A program made the position numbers and the translations under genes. The notes under the pieces were generated by a model. It ran no database searches. It was not told where the DNA came from and saw only the letters and a list, made by a program, of their open reading frames with translations. A stretch of 32,000 nt of DNA. Origin: Shimia aestuarii (GTDB taxonomy: Bacteria > Pseudomonadota > Alphaproteobacteria > Rhodobacterales > Rhodobacteraceae). Of the stretch, positions 27,855 through 32,000 are shown one piece after another; within the stretch, counting starts at the first letter, position 1; every line of letters begins with the position of its first letter. The DNA lies in assembly GCF_022814865.1 (NCBI RefSeq), contig NZ_JAKVRD010000003.1, positions 1 to 32,000 on the forward strand, given 5' to 3'.

Positions 27855-28853
27855 CTACGCCTTCATCGCCTCCGCACCGGGCGAATGCGCAGGGAACGGA
27901 ACAAGCCGCTGGCGCTCCTCATCCCAGAGCTTGAGCGTGAAACTCCTAAGCGCTTCGGGCCACCGGATCACCCTGAGACCATACGCCTCGCGTATCTCCC
28001 GATGACAGCGGCGCAGGTTGTAATGCGGTATGCGGGCGTTGAAATGATGGATGTCGTGATAGGCGATATTGGCCGACCCAAGATCCATCCACCACCCAAG
28101 ATCAAGCGCCGACGCCCCCTCAAGCGCCGCCACGCGCGGATTGAGCGACGGCTTGCGATCCCAATGCGTGTCCTCGAAATTATGCTGTAGATAGACGAGG
28201 AAAACGCCAATCATCCCGCCCACAAAGCCCCAACCGAGCCACACAAGAACCCCTGTCCATCCCGCTGAAAAATATAGAAAAGAGACCCAGGCGGCCAGTG
28301 CGAGATTGTGCAACGCCAGCCCCCGAAGCCCGATCTCTGCGGCATTCTTCGGCCAGCGGTAGCGGATGAAATAGGTGAACGCCGATCCCAGCGGAATAAG
28401 GATGAACGGGTTGCGATAAAGCCGATAGAAAAGCCGCGTCGTCCAATCCGCCGCCTGCCATTCCGCGACGGTCATCGTATGCACTTCGCCCGTGTCGCGC
28501 TCCTCAAGATTGCCGACATGGGAATGGTGCAGATTATGATTGTGCCGCATGATCGTGAACGGTGCCATCGACCATACAGAAAGCACATGCCCCGCCGCGA
28601 CATTCATCCAACGCTTCGAAAAAAGCGTCCCGTGCCCGGCATCGTGCTGCAACACGTAGAGCCGCACCGCCGCAAAAGCGCTTATAACGCCCGCGGGAAC
28701 GAAGATAAGCCACTGATCCACATGGAAAATCGCCAGATAGAGCGATAGGAAATAAGCGCCGAACGTGCCGAAGAAACTCGCCGCGCCGATCCTGTCATCC
28801 TGTACCGTATAGGCCTTTAAACGCTCGCGAATATCCATCGCACCCCCGCTCAC
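27855..28853 (-). CDS. Membrane fatty acid desaturase (three His-box di-iron family)
   Basis: 332 aa. His boxes HDAGHG, HNHNLHH and HDIHHF, with TM segments between them. The track start 28853 is GTG; ATG 28838 (MDIRERL) is an equally plausible start. Confidence 0.85.
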   Translation of the reverse strand: MSGGAMDIRERLKAYTVQDDRIGAASFFGTFGAYFLSLYLAIFHVDQWLIFVPAGVISAFAAVRLYVLQHDAGHGTLFSKRWMNVAAGHVLSVWSMAPFTIMRHNHNLHHSHVGNLEERDTGEVHTMTVAEWQAADWTTRLFYRLYRNPFILIPLGSAFTYFIRYRWPKNAAEIGLRGLALHNLALAAWVSFLYFSAGWTGVLVWLGWGFVGGMIGVFLVYLQHNFEDTHWDRKPSLNPRVAALEGASALDLGWWMDLGSANIAYHDIHHFNARIPHYNLRRCHREIREAYGLRVIRWPEALRSFTLKLWDEERQRLVPFPAHSPGAEAMKA

Positions 28854-28947
28854 ACACCCCCGTTGGGACCATGAAACGCAGGCGTAACAGCCACATGACA
28901 GGACGCCTGCGCTGCGGAGTATAGCGCATAACGCTCAACGCGTGAAT

Positions 28948-30411
28948 TCAGTCCGACGACCGCCCCTTGAGGTGCTTGCGAAGGCGCGACGGCGTAGACT
29001 TCTTCTTGCCCTTATAGGGGTTCTGATCCCCCTGCCCGCGCATATAAAGCCGGATCGGCGTTCCAGGCATATCAAAGTCTTCGCGCAACCCATTGACAAG
29101 ATAGCGGGAATAGCTCTCCGGAACCTTGTCTGGATGGGAGCACATGACAACAAAACCCGGCGGGCGTGTCTTGGCTTGGGTCATGTAGCGCAGCTTGATC
29201 CGCTTGCCTTGCGGCGCAGGCGGCGGGTGCTGTTCAAGCATCCCCGTGAGCCAACGGTTCAGATGCGAGGTCGGCACCCGGCGGTTCCACACATCATAAG
29301 CACGCAGGATCGCATCATGTAGGCGATCAAGCCCCCGTCCCGTCTTGGCAGACACAGTGATGAGCGGCGCGCCCCGCAACTGCGGCAGAAGACGTGTGAA
29401 CGCCTCCTTAAGGTCGCGCAATTTCTGCTGTTTTTCGTCCTCGACGTCCCACTTATTGACCGCCACAACAACGGCCCGCCCCTCGCGCTCGGCAAGGTCC
29501 GCGATACGCAAATCCTGTTGCTCGAACGGGATCGCCGCGTCGAGAAGCACCACCACCACTTCGGCGAATTTCACCGCGCGCAGGCCATCGGACACCGAGA
29601 GCTTCTCGACCTTGTCCTGCACCTTGGCTTTCTTACGCATCCCCGCCGTGTCGAAGATCCGCACCGGCGTCTCGTTCCATTCGGTCCGCAACGAGATCGC
29701 ATCTCGGGTGATTCCGGCTTCCGGCCCGGTCAAGAGACGGTCTTCGCCGATGATCTTGTTGATAAGCGTCGATTTGCCTGCGTTCGGCCGGCCCACAACC
29801 GCAATTTGCAAGGGTTTCGAGGCGGTTGGCTGTGGAGTCTCATCTTCCTCGTGCTCGCTGTCTTCCTCGAGCGCGATGTCAACCTCGGGCGCATGGACCT
29901 CTGCGGCTTCGCTGAATTTGTCAGCCACCGGCATCAATTGCGCATAAAGATCGTTGAGACCTTCGCCATGTTCTGCCGAAAGGCGGATCGGTTCTCCAAG
30001 GCCAAGCGAATAAGCTTCGATCACACCCGCATCCGCTGCCGCCCCCTCGCCCTTGTTGGCGGCAAGGATCACATGCGCTGACCGTTTACGCAGGATCTCG
30101 GCAAAAACCATATCGGTCGGCGTCACACCTGCCCGCGCATCAATCATGAAAAGACAGATATCGGCCATATCCACGGCCCGTTCGGTCAGGCGGCGCATCC
30201 GCCCCTGAAGGCTGTCATCGGTGGCATCCTCAAGGCCAGCCGTGTCGATCACCGTAAAGCGCAGATCGCCAAGCTTGGCCTCGCCTTCACGTAGGTCACG
30301 CGTGACCCCCGGCTGGTCGTCAACCAGCGCGAGCTTCTTGCCCACAAGGCGATTGAACAGGGTGGATTTGCCCACATTGGGCCGCCCCACGATGGCGAGA
30401 GTGAAACTCAT
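28948..30411 (-). CDS. der: Ribosome biogenesis GTPase Der (EngA)
   Basis: 487 aa with two tandem GTPase domains (GRPNVGKST with DTAG, then GRPNAGKST with DTAG and NKWD) and a C-terminal KH-like domain with a basic tail. Confidence 0.95.
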   Translation of the reverse strand: MSFTLAIVGRPNVGKSTLFNRLVGKKLALVDDQPGVTRDLREGEAKLGDLRFTVIDTAGLEDATDDSLQGRMRRLTERAVDMADICLFMIDARAGVTPTDMVFAEILRKRSAHVILAANKGEGAAADAGVIEAYSLGLGEPIRLSAEHGEGLNDLYAQLMPVADKFSEAAEVHAPEVDIALEEDSEHEEDETPQPTASKPLQIAVVGRPNAGKSTLINKIIGEDRLLTGPEAGITRDAISLRTEWNETPVRIFDTAGMRKKAKVQDKVEKLSVSDGLRAVKFAEVVVVLLDAAIPFEQQDLRIADLAEREGRAVVVAVNKWDVEDEKQQKLRDLKEAFTRLLPQLRGAPLITVSAKTGRGLDRLHDAILRAYDVWNRRVPTSHLNRWLTGMLEQHPPPAPQGKRIKLRYMTQAKTRPPGFVVMCSHPDKVPESYSRYLVNGLREDFDMPGTPIRLYMRGQGDQNPYKGKKKSTPSRLRKHLKGRSSD

Positions 30412-30459
30412 CTTGTGCCTCCGACACGTCAGAAGACGCCCCGATATACCATTTCCGGA

Positions 30460-31767
30460 TCAACGGAAAGCGTGCAATTGCCCTTTGCCACCGACGACAT
30501 ACAGCACACCACCCGCCACAACCGGGTTGGAGCTTGCACCGCCCGGGATCTCGACGGAATGCACCAATTCGCCCGAGGTCGCGTCAAAGCTGCGCAAGAC
30601 ACCATCCGAGGACGCCACGATCAGGCGGCCACCGGCAAGGATCGGACCATAATGCGAGAAGATCGCGGATTGCTTCTTGGGACGATCCTTGACGAAGAGC
30701 GGCAGATCCACGGCCCAGACCGGGCTCCCGTCACGTGCGTTCAGGCGGATGATCTGGTTCTTGTCATTCACAAGGAACACCGATCCCCCGACCGGCCAGA
30801 CCGGACCAAGCGAGCCTTGCTCCGCGGTCCACTTGCGCTCGCCCGTCTCGGTTTCCAAGGCCACAAGACGGCCAGAGTGGTTCGCGACATAGACCACGCT
30901 CCCGTCGATCACGGGATCGCCGGAAATATCGCCGATCTTGTTCGCGGCACGGCCAAGGCGTTCCCCAGCGACGCCTGCATCCCAGAGACGCAAGCCGCCA
31001 CGGCGGAAGGTGGCCTGAACCTCGCCCGAGCCGAACGGGAAGATCGCGACACGCTCATTCACCGCGGGCGCTGCCGGGCTCTGAACATTGGCGACATCGG
31101 GGATTGAGTTGATTTGCCAGACGACTTTGCCGGACTTGACGTCCAGCGCCCAGCCCTTGTCATCGCCGGACACAAGGTAAACGAGGTTCCCGTAGACCGT
31201 GGGAGAGCCATTGCCGATCGCACCAAGGCGTTGCTCCCAAAGGACGGTGCCGTCCTTGGGATTGACCGCTTCAAGCCGTCCAAACCCGGTGGTGACGAAA
31301 AGCGCGCCCGCCCCGTAAGCCAGCCCGCCGCCCGACGCATCGTCGGATTTGTCCCCTTCTGGGGTGAGGTCACGGGTCCAGATAAGCTCGCCACTGGTCG
31401 AGACCGCGGCCAACTGGCCTTCCGAATCCATCGTGTAGATGCGCCCATCGGCGACAACCGGATCGGCGGTGATGCGATTGCGCTTGGCATTCCCGGCGCC
31501 GATATTCGCAGTCCAGGCCAAGGCCGGTGTCTGCGAGAGAGCCGCATTGGAGACACGGAAGGACGGCGAACCGATCCGGTGCGTCCATTCTGCATTTCGG
31601 GATTGTCCCGGAAGACGAATGGCGCGGGTCTCATTGACGATCTCCGTCGCCTTGGCTTCGTCGCCGCGCAGGTTCTCGCGCTTGCCGGGTAGAATGAATT
31701 CCCGCTCCGAACAGCCTGCAATCACAGCTGCACCGACCAATGCCAAAATCAAATTCTGTCGTTTCAC
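30460..31767 (-). CDS. bamB: Outer membrane protein assembly factor BamB (PQQ-like beta-propeller lipoprotein)
   Basis: 435 aa with a GTG start. Lipoprotein signal with lipobox VIAGC. Repeated beta-propeller blades (G.V...D..G.L.A....G...W). The conserved bamB-der adjacency supports the call. Confidence 0.85.
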   Translation of the reverse strand: MKRQNLILALVGAAVIAGCSEREFILPGKRENLRGDEAKATEIVNETRAIRLPGQSRNAEWTHRIGSPSFRVSNAALSQTPALAWTANIGAGNAKRNRITADPVVADGRIYTMDSEGQLAAVSTSGELIWTRDLTPEGDKSDDASGGGLAYGAGALFVTTGFGRLEAVNPKDGTVLWEQRLGAIGNGSPTVYGNLVYLVSGDDKGWALDVKSGKVVWQINSIPDVANVQSPAAPAVNERVAIFPFGSGEVQATFRRGGLRLWDAGVAGERLGRAANKIGDISGDPVIDGSVVYVANHSGRLVALETETGERKWTAEQGSLGPVWPVGGSVFLVNDKNQIIRLNARDGSPVWAVDLPLFVKDRPKKQSAIFSHYGPILAGGRLIVASSDGVLRSFDATSGELVHSVEIPGGASSNPVVAGGVLYVVGGKGQLHAFR

Positions 31768-31792
31768 TGCCCAGGCCCTCGCCGCTTGTCTG

Positions 31793-32000
31793 TTACTGGT
31801 TCGCCGCCTGTGGCGTACCGCCTAGCGCTACAATCAACTGAGATGCGCGTCGACGCAAGCCCGCCGTGACCGCAGCATCTGCAATCACGCCCTGAAGGCG
31901 CTCAATCGCGGCCTCCGCATTGCCGTCTTCGATATCCACGAGCGCAAGTTGTTCCTCTGCCAGAAGCGCCAGCGGCGCGCCGGGCGTCGCGAGCGACTCA
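31793..32000 (-). CDS. YfgM-like tetratricopeptide-repeat protein, C-terminal fragment (gene runs off the window)
   Basis: Hand translation of the minus strand gives ...ESLATPGAPLALLAEEQLALVDIEDGNAEAAIERLQGVIADAAVTAGLRRRASQLIVALGGTPQAANQ*, with TAA at 31795-31793. The position upstream of bamB matches the conserved yfgM-bamB-der arrangement. Confidence 0.6.
   Translation of the reverse strand, partial: ESLATPGAPLALLAEEQLALVDIEDGNAEAAIERLQGVIADAAVTAGLRRRASQLIVALGGTPQAANQ

Noticed and set aside
27844-27855. GGGGTTAACCCC palindrome as a CtrA (TTAA-N7-TTAAC) box or a terminator hairpin
   Set aside because: It contains only one TTAAC half-site and no partner at N7 spacing. As RNA, a 12-nt perfect palindrome has no loop and no U-run. 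It is noted only as context for repeat copy B.

Overview
High-GC alphaproteobacterial chromosome segment. The gene content (dddP, helABCDX-type ccm operon, secDF-yajC, bamB-der) suggests a marine Rhodobacteraceae/roseobacter; that placement is inference. About 34 protein genes are packed tightly. I found no rRNA, tRNA, CRISPR array, transposase or integrase. All family calls come from motifs read by eye, since no searches were run.

Gene order:
- Left end: flavodoxin-like, DUF3445-like, the DMSP lyase dddP, purB, a PhyH-type dioxygenase with a DXD-type glycosyltransferase, two secreted proteins sharing a Cys motif, an orphan fliG-like gene, a DMT transporter, an LpxL-like acyltransferase and DUF1223.
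- Middle: divergent acnB and acnA.
- Minus-strand block of 10 genes: ccmABCDG, an Mth938-like gene, a TSUP transporter and yajC-secDF. ccmD is missing from the supplied ORF track.
- Right end: serS, a membrane protein, a three-gene cluster I cannot assign, a membrane fatty-acid desaturase, der, bamB and a partial yfgM-like gene.

Best candidate for something undescribed: the tightly coupled three-gene operon at 26120-27740. Its proteins match no family I recognise, have no signal peptide, and appear to share a repeated beta-rich module plus an FN3-like tail. The operon is preceded by a hairpin that pairs with its ribosome-binding site.

It is followed by a 44-bp array of four direct repeats phased at exactly 11 bp (core ATACCGACG). 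The same array, with its units in a permuted order, sits about 55 bp downstream of dddP. That makes it a dispersed element with no obvious explanation.
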